From: Bacteroidales bacterium
Lineage (GTDB): Bacteria > Bacteroidota > Bacteroidia > Bacteroidales > UBA7960
Reading direction: 5' to 3'
Length of the DNA: 64,000 bases
Assembly (NCBI GenBank): GCA_041690235.1
Contig: JAWLHS010000001.1
Location: forward strand, 881-64,880
The translations under genes were made by a program, and so were the position numbers. The notes under the pieces were generated by a model. That model had not been told where the DNA came from. It did not search any database and was given only the letters and a program-made list of their open reading frames with translations. Numbering within the stretch: position 1 is the first letter of the stretch; every line of letters starts with the position of its first letter. Below, piece after piece: positions 37,946 to 47,951 of this stretch.

Positions 37946-40297
37946 CTATTCATATTTCAGCGCATCCGAAGGATTGGCCAGCGAAACCCGGATTGCATGG
38001 TAACTCACAGACAGGGTCGTGATAATCACAGCCACCAAGCCACCTACTACCAGCGGGAGGAGTTTCATATCCAATTTATAAGGGAATGAGCTCAACCACC
38101 TGTCCATAAAATACCAGGCCAGGGGTGCCCCAACCAGAAACCCGATACCAACCAGAATATAAAAATCTTTCAGGAGCATCAAGGTAATTCGCAGCGTTCC
38201 GGCACCCAGCACCTTCCTGACGGCAATCTCTCTCGAGCGTTGTTCCGCCATAAAGGACGCCAGTCCGAATAAGCCGAGGCATGCAATGAATATCGAAAAT
38301 CCTGAAAAAAGCAGGATGATCGCCCCGAAACGCTCCTCTTCCTGATAGTTGCGGTCAAACTCGCGGTCAAGAAAATAGGGGCGAAAAAAACGGTCGGGGA
38401 CAAAGGAATAATACACCTCCTCCAGAAAGGACATCAGGCCGGGAATATCCTTTCCCGTATTCTTAATTGAAACCCGTTGAGACCGGGGTTCATCCCAGCA
38501 AACAACAAAGGGACCGATCAGTTGCTGAAGGGAGTTGAAATGAAAGTCCGGGATAATCCCGATAATGCGGCGCCCGTTGATCTCCTGTCCGATTACATCC
38601 TCATGGCTTCCCTGCAATTCAAAAAAAGGAATGGCTGACTCATTGATGATGATCACCTGCTGGTGTTCCGACCTGAGACCGGGATCGAAATGCCTTCCGG
38701 CAATCACATCTATGCCCAGCAGCTCAAGGTAGTCATGATGGGCGGGCAGAAAAGTATATTGTTTCCTGACCCCGTTGATGGTAGTGCTTTCCTGCCAGCT
38801 GATGCTTCCGGGACTGGCATTTGAATAGCTAAGCTGAATTACGTCCGGGTGCTCCAGGATGGCGTTTTTAAAGGCTTCCTTTCGGCTGTTTGGGGGACCC
38901 TGGAAATAGATTATATTTTCTTTTTCAAATCCCAGGTCCTGGCTTTTCATATAGTTGACCTGCTTGTATACCAAAATGGTCGAAGCAATCAATGCGATAG
39001 ATACCGAAAATTGAAAAACAATCAGGGCCTTTCTGAAAAAAACCCCTTTCCTGCCCCGGGTTTTTTCCCCTTTTAAGGTTGATATGGGCTGAAAAGCAGT
39101 TAAATAAATGGCAGGGTAAATGCCGGACAAAAAACCAACCAACAAAACACTTGTCAGCAGCAAAAGCAACAGGGTGCCCGCACCAATATCCCTGGTATTA
39201 AAAACCGTACCTGCCAGACTGTTGAAGTGCGGCAAAAAGATCTCTATGAAAATCATTGCCAAAAGTACGGCAAGCCCCGTGGTTAGCACGGATTCAAACA
39301 GGAACTGACCGATGAGTTTTTTACGGGTGCTCCCAAGTAATTTTCTGACACCCACTTCTTTGGAACGGTTCGCGGCACGGGCGGTGGAAAGATTGATGAA
39401 ATTAATGACGGCAATGGCCAGAACAATCAAGGCGAGCAGGGTAAAAGCCCTCACGGAGCGGTGACTGCCATGCCTTACCGGCGGTTCGTGGACCAGGTCA
39501 TCGGCAAAGAAAATATCAGAAAGGGGACGCAGGTGGTATTTTAAGGGGAAGGGCTCCCCGGAAAAGTCAAGGAAATAATCCTGTATCACCTTGTTTATCC
39601 TCGCTTCGGTTTCCATGATATCTGCATCGGGATGCAATCTGAAAAAGGTAAAGTAATTCCATCCGCCAAAAGTGTTCAGGGCGCCTGGATCGTTCCACAG
39701 CTCGGCCAGAAGCGGAAAAGGCACGATGCCGTTCAAAGGGATGTGAAAGTAGCGCGGATCCTCAATGACACCGGTTACCTGTAATGTGATGTTGTTCCTG
39801 AACAAGAGGGTTTGTCCCACTACATCCGTTGTACCATACAATATCACCGCCTGTTTCCGGGTGAGAACAATGGAGCGCGGATCAGAAAGGGCCTTTCCCG
39901 GATGCCCTGCAATGAATTGAACAGGAAACAAATCAAAAAAGGTGCTGTCGGCCATGATCACCTCGCTTACGGGAACCACCCGCTCCGCTATGGTGAAGTC
40001 CGCGTCATCCAGCCAATACATATCCACCCTGCAAAAGGTTTCTATTTCCGGGATCCGCTCCGCCAGAAAAGGGCCCTGGAAACTTCCCTGAATGGCCCAG
40101 TCATCAGCCTCAAGGCGAAAAATCTGATGCCGGTCATCCACCCACCGGTCATACAAGTTCTGGTCAACAACATAAATGCCAACGAAAGCAAATACGGTAA
40201 TGCCCAGGCCAAAGCCAAGAATGTTAATCAAGGTGTAAAACTTTTGCCTGAGTATATTGCGGATGCTGATCTTCAAATTGTGGAGCGTCATATGCAT
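37946..40297 (-). CDS. MacB/FtsX-family ABC transporter permease (double FtsX module, no adjacent ATPase)
   Basis: The start is ATG 40297 or 40291 (40312 is GTG). The N-terminus is LKISIRNILRQKFYTLINILGFGLG and the C-terminus ends ALKYE. It is a paralogue of 32038-34521. Confidence 0.85.
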   Translation of the reverse strand: MHMTLHNLKISIRNILRQKFYTLINILGFGLGITVFAFVGIYVVDQNLYDRWVDDRHQIFRLEADDWAIQGSFQGPFLAERIPEIETFCRVDMYWLDDADFTIAERVVPVSEVIMADSTFFDLFPVQFIAGHPGKALSDPRSIVLTRKQAVILYGTTDVVGQTLLFRNNITLQVTGVIEDPRYFHIPLNGIVPFPLLAELWNDPGALNTFGGWNYFTFFRLHPDADIMETEARINKVIQDYFLDFSGEPFPLKYHLRPLSDIFFADDLVHEPPVRHGSHRSVRAFTLLALIVLAIAVINFINLSTARAANRSKEVGVRKLLGSTRKKLIGQFLFESVLTTGLAVLLAMIFIEIFLPHFNSLAGTVFNTRDIGAGTLLLLLLTSVLLVGFLSGIYPAIYLTAFQPISTLKGEKTRGRKGVFFRKALIVFQFSVSIALIASTILVYKQVNYMKSQDLGFEKENIIYFQGPPNSRKEAFKNAILEHPDVIQLSYSNASPGSISWQESTTINGVRKQYTFLPAHHDYLELLGIDVIAGRHFDPGLRSEHQQVIIINESAIPFFELQGSHEDVIGQEINGRRIIGIIPDFHFNSLQQLIGPFVVCWDEPRSQRVSIKNTGKDIPGLMSFLEEVYYSFVPDRFFRPYFLDREFDRNYQEEERFGAIILLFSGFSIFIACLGLFGLASFMAEQRSREIAVRKVLGAGTLRITLMLLKDFYILVGIGFLVGAPLAWYFMDRWLSSFPYKLDMKLLPLVVGGLVAVIITTLSVSYHAIRVSLANPSDALKYE

Positions 40298-40404
40298 GAA
40301 TTGATGGTTCACGACATATATTCAAAAAGCACGCCATTAAGATTATATCGCTTTACATCAGGGACTTCACATTGAGGCGGTAAACAAGGTGAAGCAAAAA
40401 TGAA

Positions 40405-40445
40405 CGGTTCCGGACACCTGGCGGTAGGCCAGGTGTCCGGAACCG
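40405..40445 (-). terminator. strong hairpin terminator downstream of the 40472-41059 gene
   Basis: Perfect 18-bp stem: CGGTTCCGGACACCTGGC (40405-40422) pairs with GCCAGGTGTCCGGAACCG (40428-40445), with a 5-nt loop. On the minus strand it is followed by GTTCATTTTTGC. Confidence 0.65.
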
Positions 40446-40471
40446 GATCATAAAGTGAAAACTGGATTTCC

Positions 40472-41059
40472 CTATAAGGGATTCGTCAGGTCAAAATCGG
40501 CCTGGAATATAATTTCGTCCTCATACTGCAACTGGTAGGAAAAGTTGGTCATGGCTTCATCCATCACGATGTTCCACTGACGGCCAATGGTGTCCTGCAA
40601 CAGTTCAACGGTATAGTCATCGGCTGGAAAATACTGTCTGAAAGCGGTACCGCTGCCGTCTGAATAGCCCCCGTATAATGTGCTTTCTTCTGGTGTGCCG
40701 TCCGGATGCCGATGGTCGTGGCGAAACCGCAGCCTTCCGTCCTCCACAACAAACATCCAGGTACGTGAGGTATCATCGCTGAGGTGAAAAGGAATGTAAA
40801 CATGATCCTCCTCGCATTCGGTCACATGCATTACAAAATCCAGATGACCCCAGCTTTCACGGCCGGGTGCCATATAGGTTTCACGGCCCCGGAACGATTG
40901 GCCGCAAAGACTGGCCAGGTTGTCCAGGAAAGCCTCCTCTTCGGGAGAAAGGGCTGCCGAAAGCATCTCATCCGCTTGCTGATCGCCTGTTTGCGTGGCG
41001 GGGCCACAGGCAGAAAGCAATAAGGCAATCACAAATACAAAAATCAAATTTCGCTTCAT
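40472..41059 (-). CDS. hypothetical lipoprotein
   Basis: ATG at 41059 gives MKRNLIFVFVIALLLSACG (lipobox LSAC). No motif recognised; the central part is His/Asp-rich. Confidence 0.55.
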   Translation of the reverse strand: MKRNLIFVFVIALLLSACGPATQTGDQQADEMLSAALSPEEEAFLDNLASLCGQSFRGRETYMAPGRESWGHLDFVMHVTECEEDHVYIPFHLSDDTSRTWMFVVEDGRLRFRHDHRHPDGTPEESTLYGGYSDGSGTAFRQYFPADDYTVELLQDTIGRQWNIVMDEAMTNFSYQLQYEDEIIFQADFDLTNPL

Positions 41060-41299
41060 AATGGGTTGGGTTTGGGGGTGAATATTGTTTGGGACTACGA
41101 ACTTACGCTTTTTTTTCACGCCGCGTCAAAAAAGTGGAGGGCGGAGGACATCGGACGAATCCTTCAACTCCACTGCAAACAAATGATTCACCTGCGAACT
41201 TTTCTCAGCCCGGCTTGTTATCTTTGGGTGCTTCATGCATCGGAAACAATGTTTTTTTGTCGGATGGTGAAAGCCTGATGACTGGCCAAATGCCCCAAT

Positions 41300-42325
41300 A
41301 TGAAAGATGCAAATCCGCTGAGTGGAAAACTGAAAGAAAGCGGGCCGCCGGGATTTTACGACCTGAAAAAAGTCTGGAACCCCACCTTCTTCCAGGGGAA
41401 CAGGGCAAAAAACAGGTACTTCGAAGGCTGGTACTTTAAAAACCTCAGTCCGGATATCGGCCAAAGCTGGGCTTTCATTCCCGGCATTTCCCTTGCGCCG
41501 GACGATGAGCACTCATTTGTACAGGTGATTGACGGCAAAAAAGGCAAAACCTGGTACTATCGTTACCCAATCAGCGCATTTGCATTCTCCAAAAAGGATT
41601 TTTACATCCGCATTGGTGACAGCACCTTTTCAAAAACACATCTGCATCTGCAACTTGAAGGAGATACCGGCCGCTTCCAGGGAAAACTGTCCTTTTCAGG
41701 GCAAACCCCATATAAAGCCGGCCTGCTTCACCCGGGCATCATGGGTTGGTACCGGTATGTTCCATTCATGGAGTGCTATCACGGTGTGGTCAGCCTTGAT
41801 CACCAACTGCACGGCTCCCTGAACATCTGTGGCAGCGAACGATCATTTGAAGGGGGGAGGGGATATATTGAAAAAGACTGGGGGTCTTCCATGCCCAAAT
41901 CCTGGATCTGGATGCAAACCAATCACTTTGAAACCCCACGAACATCCTTCATGCTTTCAGTAGCCAACATCCCCTGGATCGGAAAATCTTTTACGGGTTT
42001 CCTTGGCTTTTTGTTATACAACGGGAAACGCTTTGATTTTGCCACCTATACCGGCGCAAAATTACTGGTGGTGGACAACAACCCGGAAGAGATCCGGATT
42101 GTGATTCAACACAAAGCCCAAACCCTCACCATTTCCGGTAAAAAGGCGAAATCCGGTCAGCTCAAAGCCCCGGTATTGGGAACCATGCAAAGGGTCATTC
42201 ACGAAAGCATCGACTCGGTCATCCGGATAAAACTGACCACGACCGGAGGAAGGGTGGTTTTCGAAGGCCAGGGGAAAAACGCCGGACTCGAATTGGTTGG
42301 TGACACTGAAAGCCTGAAACCCTGA
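41300..42325 (+). CDS. tocopherol cyclase (VTE1) family protein
   Basis: YFEGWYFKN matches the FFEGWYF motif. YIEKDWGSSMPKSWIWMQTN matches the [20 protein letters not shown] region that I recall from plant VTE1. Confidence 0.7.
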   Translation: MKDANPLSGKLKESGPPGFYDLKKVWNPTFFQGNRAKNRYFEGWYFKNLSPDIGQSWAFIPGISLAPDDEHSFVQVIDGKKGKTWYYRYPISAFAFSKKDFYIRIGDSTFSKTHLHLQLEGDTGRFQGKLSFSGQTPYKAGLLHPGIMGWYRYVPFMECYHGVVSLDHQLHGSLNICGSERSFEGGRGYIEKDWGSSMPKSWIWMQTNHFETPRTSFMLSVANIPWIGKSFTGFLGFLLYNGKRFDFATYTGAKLLVVDNNPEEIRIVIQHKAQTLTISGKKAKSGQLKAPVLGTMQRVIHESIDSVIRIKLTTTGGRVVFEGQGKNAGLELVGDTESLKP

Positions 42326-42372
42326 GTGTTTGAAAAATCCCCTGTTCCAATCCCTTATTTGTCATGGAGGGG

Positions 42373-42404
42373 TTTGAATAAACCACTCATCTTTACTATA
42401 TTTG
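42373..42404 (+). promoter_or_regulatory. Bacteroidota-type promoter for the suf operon (TTTG -33, TATATTTG -7)
   Basis: TTTG at 42373-42376, a 20-nt spacer, then TATATTTG at 42397-42404, 65 nt upstream of the sufB ATG. Confidence 0.5.
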
Positions 42405-42468
42405 CGGATTAATTTAAACTTAATATAAATTAGGGGCGGGGTCCCACCACCCCGGTTGTCATTGCAGC

Positions 42469-43917
42469 ATGGAAGACAAAAACAATAACATACTGGACGA
42501 ACTTACCGGCTCAGATTATAAATTCGGATTCTACACCGACCTGGAAATGGACCAGGCCCCGAAAGGACTCACGGAAGATACCGTCCGGTTTATTTCGGCT
42601 AAAAAAAACGAACCGGCGTTCATGCTTGAGTTCCGCCTGAAGGCGTTCCGTCACTGGTTAACCCTCAAAGAGCCCAGGTGGGCGCATGTTGAATACCCGG
42701 CCATCGACTACCAAGACATCATTTACTATTCCGCCCCTAGAAAAAGTCCGAAGTTTGAAAGCCTCGACCAGGTTGATCCCGAATTGCTGGAAACCTTTGA
42801 GAAACTTGGCATTCCGCTTGAAGAACAAAAAATGCTGGCAGGTGTGGCAGTGGATGCCGTAATGGACAGTGTTTCAGTGGCAACCACTTTCAGGGAGGCG
42901 CTGGCCGAAAAAGGGATTATTTTCTGTTCCTTCAGCGAAGCCCTGCAAAAACACCCGGATCTGGTACAACAATACATGGGCACGGTGGTCTCCTACACAG
43001 ATAACTTCTACGCAGCCCTGAATTCAGCCGTTTTCAGCGATGGATCTTTCGTTTTCATTCCAAAGGGAGTCCGTTGCCCAATGGAGCTTTCAACCTACTT
43101 CCGGATCAACGCTGCCAATACCGGGCAGTTTGAACGCACCCTGATCGTAGCGGAAGAGGGGAGCTACGTAAGCTATATGGAAGGCTGCACCGCTCCCATC
43201 CGGGACGAAAACCAGCTGCATGCGGCCATTGTGGAAATCATCGCACACGATGATGCCGAAGTAAAGTATTCGACCGTTCAGAATTGGTGGCCAGGCAACA
43301 AAAAGGGCAAGGGGGGAGTGTATAACTTTGTAACCAAAAGGGGCATTTGCGAGGGTGTACGGTCCAAAATCTCATGGACCCAGGTAGAGACTGGTTCAGC
43401 CATCACCTGGAAGTACCCCAGCCTCATCCTGAAAGGAGACAACTCATCAGGCGAGTTCTACTCGGTGGCCGTCACGAACAACTTCCAGCAGGCCGATACA
43501 GGCACCAAAATGATTCACTTGGGGAAAAACACCCGCAGCACCATCATATCCAAGGGGATTTCCGCAGGGAGAAGCAACAATAGTTACCGCGGTCTGGTAA
43601 AGACGGTTCGAAGAGCCAGCGGGGCCAGAAATTTTTCTCAATGCGACTCGCTGTTGCTGGGCGACAAATGCGGAGCCCATACCTTCCCCTATATAGAAGT
43701 CGGAAACAGTTCTTCGATCGTTGAGCACGAAGCAACCACAAGCAAAATATCGGAAGACCAGCTTTTTTATTGCCTGCAGCGGGGCATAGAGTTGGAAAAC
43801 GCCATCGGACTGATCGTTAACGGTTATGCCAAGGAGGTTCTTAGCAAGCTCCCCATGGAGTTCGCTGTTGAAGCCCAAAAACTTTTGTCGATCAGCCTTG
43901 AAGGCAGTGTTGGCTAA
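42469..43917 (+). CDS. sufB: Fe-S cluster assembly scaffold protein SufB
   Basis: 482 aa. It shows the typical SufB sequence ([50 protein letters not shown]) and is followed by sufC and sufD. Confidence 0.95.
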   Translation: MEDKNNNILDELTGSDYKFGFYTDLEMDQAPKGLTEDTVRFISAKKNEPAFMLEFRLKAFRHWLTLKEPRWAHVEYPAIDYQDIIYYSAPRKSPKFESLDQVDPELLETFEKLGIPLEEQKMLAGVAVDAVMDSVSVATTFREALAEKGIIFCSFSEALQKHPDLVQQYMGTVVSYTDNFYAALNSAVFSDGSFVFIPKGVRCPMELSTYFRINAANTGQFERTLIVAEEGSYVSYMEGCTAPIRDENQLHAAIVEIIAHDDAEVKYSTVQNWWPGNKKGKGGVYNFVTKRGICEGVRSKISWTQVETGSAITWKYPSLILKGDNSSGEFYSVAVTNNFQQADTGTKMIHLGKNTRSTIISKGISAGRSNNSYRGLVKTVRRASGARNFSQCDSLLLGDKCGAHTFPYIEVGNSSSIVEHEATTSKISEDQLFYCLQRGIELENAIGLIVNGYAKEVLSKLPMEFAVEAQKLLSISLEGSVG

Positions 43918-43953
43918 AAACAAGCAATCTATTTACTTTTTATACTTTCATTC

Positions 43954-44718
43954 ATGTTAAGCATCCGCAATTTGAGCGTTTCCATCAAAGGAAAAACCAT
44001 TCTCCACCATTTTAACCTGGAGGTTAAAGAAGGTGAGATCCACGCCATCATGGGGCCCAACGGTACAGGGAAAAGTACTTTGGCGGCCGTAATCGCAGGA
44101 AAAGAAATGTTCGACGTCGATGAAGGCGAGATTACCTACAGGGGGCAAAATCTTTTTGATATGGCACCTGAGATCCGGGCCCGCGAAGGCATTTTCCTGG
44201 GCTTTCAATATCCAGTCGAGATCCCCGGGGTAAGCATGGCCAACTTCATGCGTACCGCCATGAACGAGAAGCGCAAGCACTTTAAGCTGGAGCCTCTGAC
44301 CGGGGCGGAATTTCTGAAAATAATGGAAGAAAAGAAAAAGCTGGTCGACATCCAGTCCAAACTCACCAACCGGTCCGTGAATGAAGGGTTTTCGGGCGGG
44401 GAAAAAAAGAAGAACGAGATTTTCCAAATGGCTTTGCTCGAACCGCGGCTGGCCATACTGGATGAAACCGATTCCGGTCTCGACATCGATGCCCTGAAAG
44501 TGGTTGCCAACGGGGTAAACAAGCTGAGGCGCAAAGACAATGCCACTGTGGTGATTACACATTATCAGCGGCTGCTGGACTATATTATTCCCGATGTTGT
44601 GCACGTGCTTTTCGATGGTCGGATCGTCAAAAGCGGTGGCAAAGAGCTGGCCCTTGAGCTCGAGAAAAAGGGATACGAGTGGATCAAGAAGGAAGCAGGC
44701 ATCAACGCCCAGGCCTGA
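43954..44718 (+). CDS. sufC: Fe-S cluster assembly ATPase SufC
   Basis: Walker A GPNGTGKST, signature FSGGEKKKNEI, Walker B AILDETDSGLDIDAL. 254 aa. Confidence 0.95.
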   Translation: MLSIRNLSVSIKGKTILHHFNLEVKEGEIHAIMGPNGTGKSTLAAVIAGKEMFDVDEGEITYRGQNLFDMAPEIRAREGIFLGFQYPVEIPGVSMANFMRTAMNEKRKHFKLEPLTGAEFLKIMEEKKKLVDIQSKLTNRSVNEGFSGGEKKKNEIFQMALLEPRLAILDETDSGLDIDALKVVANGVNKLRRKDNATVVITHYQRLLDYIIPDVVHVLFDGRIVKSGGKELALELEKKGYEWIKKEAGINAQA

Positions 44719-44802
44719 CCCTGGGTTTTCCTCCTCCCAAAACGTCGCTAAATGGCCTTTCACCCGCAACCTGGCTCATTTTTGTTTTACGAATAACAGA
44801 CC

Positions 44803-46212
44803 ATGGACACCACAACACATACACCCCCAATAAAAGAGCAGCTGCTGGCGCTTTACCGGGAGCATGCAGAAGCCATTAAAGGCCAGGCCTCCCCCCTGGT
44901 AAACCGACTTCGCCAAAACGCGCTGGCCCGGTTTGAAAAAAACGGTTTTCCCACGACCGAATTGGAAAACTGGCGCTTTACAGACCTGGAGCCTTTGCTG
45001 AATACCGAGTTTGTTTTCGACTTCGACAACAAAAGCCGTAGTGCGGATATCGACAAAATATTCACCTGTGATGTATACGACCTTGACACATTCAGTGTTA
45101 CTTTGCTGAACGGATGGTTTATTTATAAAAATGCGCCCCTCACCAGGCTTCCCAATGGCGCCATCATCGGAAGCCTGGCCAAGGCCATGGAGGTTTATCC
45201 CGACCTGGTCGACCGCTATTTGGGGAAGGCCGTTAAAATAGAGGATTCCGGGCTGGCTGCGCTGAACACCGCCTTTCTGCAGGATGGCTTGTTTATTTAT
45301 GTGCCCCAGGGCGTAATCATTGACAAGCCCATTCAGCTGATCAATATTGTCAATACAAACGTTCCCGTTTTCATCCAACCCCGTCACCTGGTGATTGCCG
45401 AAAAAAATGCCGGACTGACCCTGGTGCACTGCGACCATTCCCTCACCCACAAAGTAAGCTTTACCAACACCGTGGTGGAAATGTTTGCTGAAGAGAATGC
45501 AAGCATTGAGCACTATAAGATACAGAACAAGGGCCGCAACTCTGCCCTGGTTTCATCCAATTATTTCGTTCAGAAAAAAGACAGCCGGGTGTTATCCAAT
45601 ATCATTACCCTGAACGGCGGTTTTACAAAAAACATCATGGATGTTACCCTGACGCAGCCCGGATGCCATTCAGAGCACAGCGGGCTTTATCTGGCAGACA
45701 GCAATCAGCATGTCGACAACCAACTGCTGATTGACCATGCTGCCCCGGACTGCACCAGCAACCAGCTATTCAAAGGGATTCTTGACGATCAGGCCAGCGC
45801 GGTGTTTAGCGGGAAGGTAATGGTCAGAAGGGACGCCCAGCGAACCCTCGCCTACCAAAACAACAAAAACCTCCTGCTTACAGATGATGCCAGGGCCAAC
45901 ACCCAACCCCATCTGGAAATTTATGCCGATGATGTAAAGTGCAGCCACGGGGCAACCGTGGGACAGCTTGACCCGGAGGCCATGTTCTATCTCAGGTCAA
46001 GGGGACTTTGCGAGCGGACTTCCCGGCAGTTAATGATGTATGCCTTCGCCATGGAGATTGTGCAGAAAATATCGATCGAAGCCTTGCAGCAACGCCTCGA
46101 CCAAATGGTTGAAAAGCGCCTCAGGGGAGAACTTTCCATCTGTGACCAATGTGTCTTGCATTGCGACAGCAAGGAGCCAACCACATTCAATATAGACCTG
46201 AGCAAAATTTAA
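44803..46212 (+). CDS. sufD: Fe-S cluster assembly protein SufD
   Basis: SufB/SufD-family beta-helix core (NQLFKGILDDQASAVFSGKVMVRRDAQRTLAYQNNKNLLL, CSHGATVGQLD). Its position after sufC fits. Confidence 0.9.
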   Translation: MDTTTHTPPIKEQLLALYREHAEAIKGQASPLVNRLRQNALARFEKNGFPTTELENWRFTDLEPLLNTEFVFDFDNKSRSADIDKIFTCDVYDLDTFSVTLLNGWFIYKNAPLTRLPNGAIIGSLAKAMEVYPDLVDRYLGKAVKIEDSGLAALNTAFLQDGLFIYVPQGVIIDKPIQLINIVNTNVPVFIQPRHLVIAEKNAGLTLVHCDHSLTHKVSFTNTVVEMFAEENASIEHYKIQNKGRNSALVSSNYFVQKKDSRVLSNIITLNGGFTKNIMDVTLTQPGCHSEHSGLYLADSNQHVDNQLLIDHAAPDCTSNQLFKGILDDQASAVFSGKVMVRRDAQRTLAYQNNKNLLLTDDARANTQPHLEIYADDVKCSHGATVGQLDPEAMFYLRSRGLCERTSRQLMMYAFAMEIVQKISIEALQQRLDQMVEKRLRGELSICDQCVLHCDSKEPTTFNIDLSKI

Positions 46213-46224
46213 ATCAACCGGCCC

Positions 46225-47445
46225 ATGACCCTGAACCAGGAACAAATACGGCGCGATTTTCCGGCCTTGAACCAACAGGTGAACGGCAGGCCCCTGATCT
46301 ATCTCGACAATGCGGCCACTACCCAGAAACCAAGGGTGGTCATTGAGCGCCTTACGCATTATTATACCAGCGAAAACAGCAATATTCACCGCGGAGCCCA
46401 TTTCCTGAGCCAAAGAGCCACCGAAGCTTATGAGGGGGCCCGTCAGACAATAAAAAATTTCCTGAATGCCCCCCATCAGCGCCAGGTTGTTTTTACCAGG
46501 GGGACCACGGAATCCATCAATCTGGTTGCCAGCTCTTTCTGTAAGAAATTCGTCCAACCCGGAGATGAAGTCCTCATCTCTGCCCTGGAGCACCACTCCA
46601 ATATCGTCCCCTGGCAGATCGCCTGCCAGGACAACAGGGCCGTGTTAAAGGTGATTCCCATCAACGAAAAGGGGGAACTGGACATGGATGCCTATAAAAA
46701 GTTGCTGAACAAAAGAACCCGTATCGTTGCCGTGGCCCATGTCAGCAACGCCCTGGGCACCATCAATCCCATCCGCGAAATAATCGGCCTTGCCCACAAA
46801 CAAAATATCCCGGTGTTGATTGACGGTGCCCAGGCAACACCCCATCTGACGGTCGACGTACAGGCGCTCGACTGCGACTTTTACTGCATGTCTGCCCACA
46901 AGGTTTACGGGCCCATGGGAGTGGGTGTCCTATACGGGAAAGAGGAGTGGCTGGAGAAGCTCCCTCCTTACCAGGGCGGAGGAGAAATGATCAGGGAAGT
47001 CAGTTTTGACAAAACAACCTATAACGAATTGCCGTTTAAATTCGAAGCAGGCACTCCAAACGTCGGGGATGTGCTGGGAATGGAAGCTGCCCTGAAGTAC
47101 CTCGGAGGGTTTAACGCCAGTGACATCAGGGACTATGAGGAAAACCTGCTGAACCATACCATTGAAAGCCTGCAGAAGCTGGAGAAAATCAGGTTTATCG
47201 GGACAGCAAAGGAGCGGACAGGCGTGGTCTCTTTTCTTTTCGAAGACATACACCCTTATGACACAGGCATTATCCTGGACAAGCTGGGGATTGCCGTGCG
47301 TACCGGACACCATTGCGCTCAGCCATTGATGGCATTTTACAAGGTCCCGGGAACGGTTCGCGTTTCACTGGCCCTTTACAATACCACGCAGGAAATTGAT
47401 GAACTGGTGGTCGCACTGGGAAGGGTGCGGGACATGTTTGGATAA
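46225..47445 (+). CDS. sufS: cysteine desulfurase SufS (class V PLP aminotransferase, group II)
   Basis: PLP-lysine region SAHKVYGPMGVGVLYG and active-site loop VRTGHHCAQPL. N-terminus is FPALNQQVNGRPLIYLDNAATTQKP. Confidence 0.9.
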   Translation: MTLNQEQIRRDFPALNQQVNGRPLIYLDNAATTQKPRVVIERLTHYYTSENSNIHRGAHFLSQRATEAYEGARQTIKNFLNAPHQRQVVFTRGTTESINLVASSFCKKFVQPGDEVLISALEHHSNIVPWQIACQDNRAVLKVIPINEKGELDMDAYKKLLNKRTRIVAVAHVSNALGTINPIREIIGLAHKQNIPVLIDGAQATPHLTVDVQALDCDFYCMSAHKVYGPMGVGVLYGKEEWLEKLPPYQGGGEMIREVSFDKTTYNELPFKFEAGTPNVGDVLGMEAALKYLGGFNASDIRDYEENLLNHTIESLQKLEKIRFIGTAKERTGVVSFLFEDIHPYDTGIILDKLGIAVRTGHHCAQPLMAFYKVPGTVRVSLALYNTTQEIDELVVALGRVRDMFG

Positions 47446-47460
47446 AACAAATCAATTCGT

Positions 47461-47934
47461 ATGGAATACCAAAAGGCAAGGGCCATCTTTCGTTCGCTGA
47501 CAAAAACTTACAGCACTTTTTTCCTGGCAATGATCCTCCTCCTGGTCGTTGCCTCCCTGATGCTCAGTGCGGGGGGTCCTCTTTCGGACAGATTTGGAGA
47601 ATGGCAGGTTGTTCATAAGGCCATTGGCATCGGCCTGGCCATCGTCTTTGTTCCGCTGGCCTATGGCTATCCACAGAAACTGATACGACGGATTGAAGCC
47701 GATTGGAAGCTGGACCTGAAGGTCAGCCTCTACCGCCAGGCTGTAATCCTCCGACTGGCCATTGTCGCAAGCGTCTTTCTGATCAATGCGATTTTTTTTC
47801 TCATAACGGGCGATAATGACCTGATTATGGTGCTGGCAATCATCCTGGTATTCTTCATTCTCAGCAGGCCGACACCCTTCAGGGCAGCGGCTGACATGGG
47901 ATTGTCGGATGAAGAAAAGCTGCAGCTCATGTAA
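47461..47934 (+). CDS. hypothetical 4-TM membrane protein embedded in the suf operon
   Basis: 157 aa with four hydrophobic helices. The gaps are 15 nt after sufS and 17 nt before the next ORF. No motif recognised. Confidence 0.5.
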   Translation: MEYQKARAIFRSLTKTYSTFFLAMILLLVVASLMLSAGGPLSDRFGEWQVVHKAIGIGLAIVFVPLAYGYPQKLIRRIEADWKLDLKVSLYRQAVILRLAIVASVFLINAIFFLITGDNDLIMVLAIILVFFILSRPTPFRAAADMGLSDEEKLQLM

Positions 47935-47951
47935 GTGAAGCGGCAAACACC

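Noticed and set aside
31604-41100. tRNA-Leu might be the integration site of a genomic island covering the permease/two-component region.
   Set aside because: No integrase or other mobility gene is present, I found no direct repeat of the tRNA 3' end downstream, and the composition is not strikingly different from the backbone.
43957-45513. Long antisense ORFs opposite sufC and sufD (270 aa and 245 aa). Similar ones lie opposite asnS (56843-57703), the TonB-dependent receptor (17938-18894), tonB (49716-50465) and the NuoEF genes (2352-3095, 4287-5144).
   Set aside because: Each lies entirely within a confidently identified gene on the other strand. None shows a recognisable motif, and all have the Arg/Gly/Pro-rich composition typical of shadow ORFs in GC-rich coding DNA.
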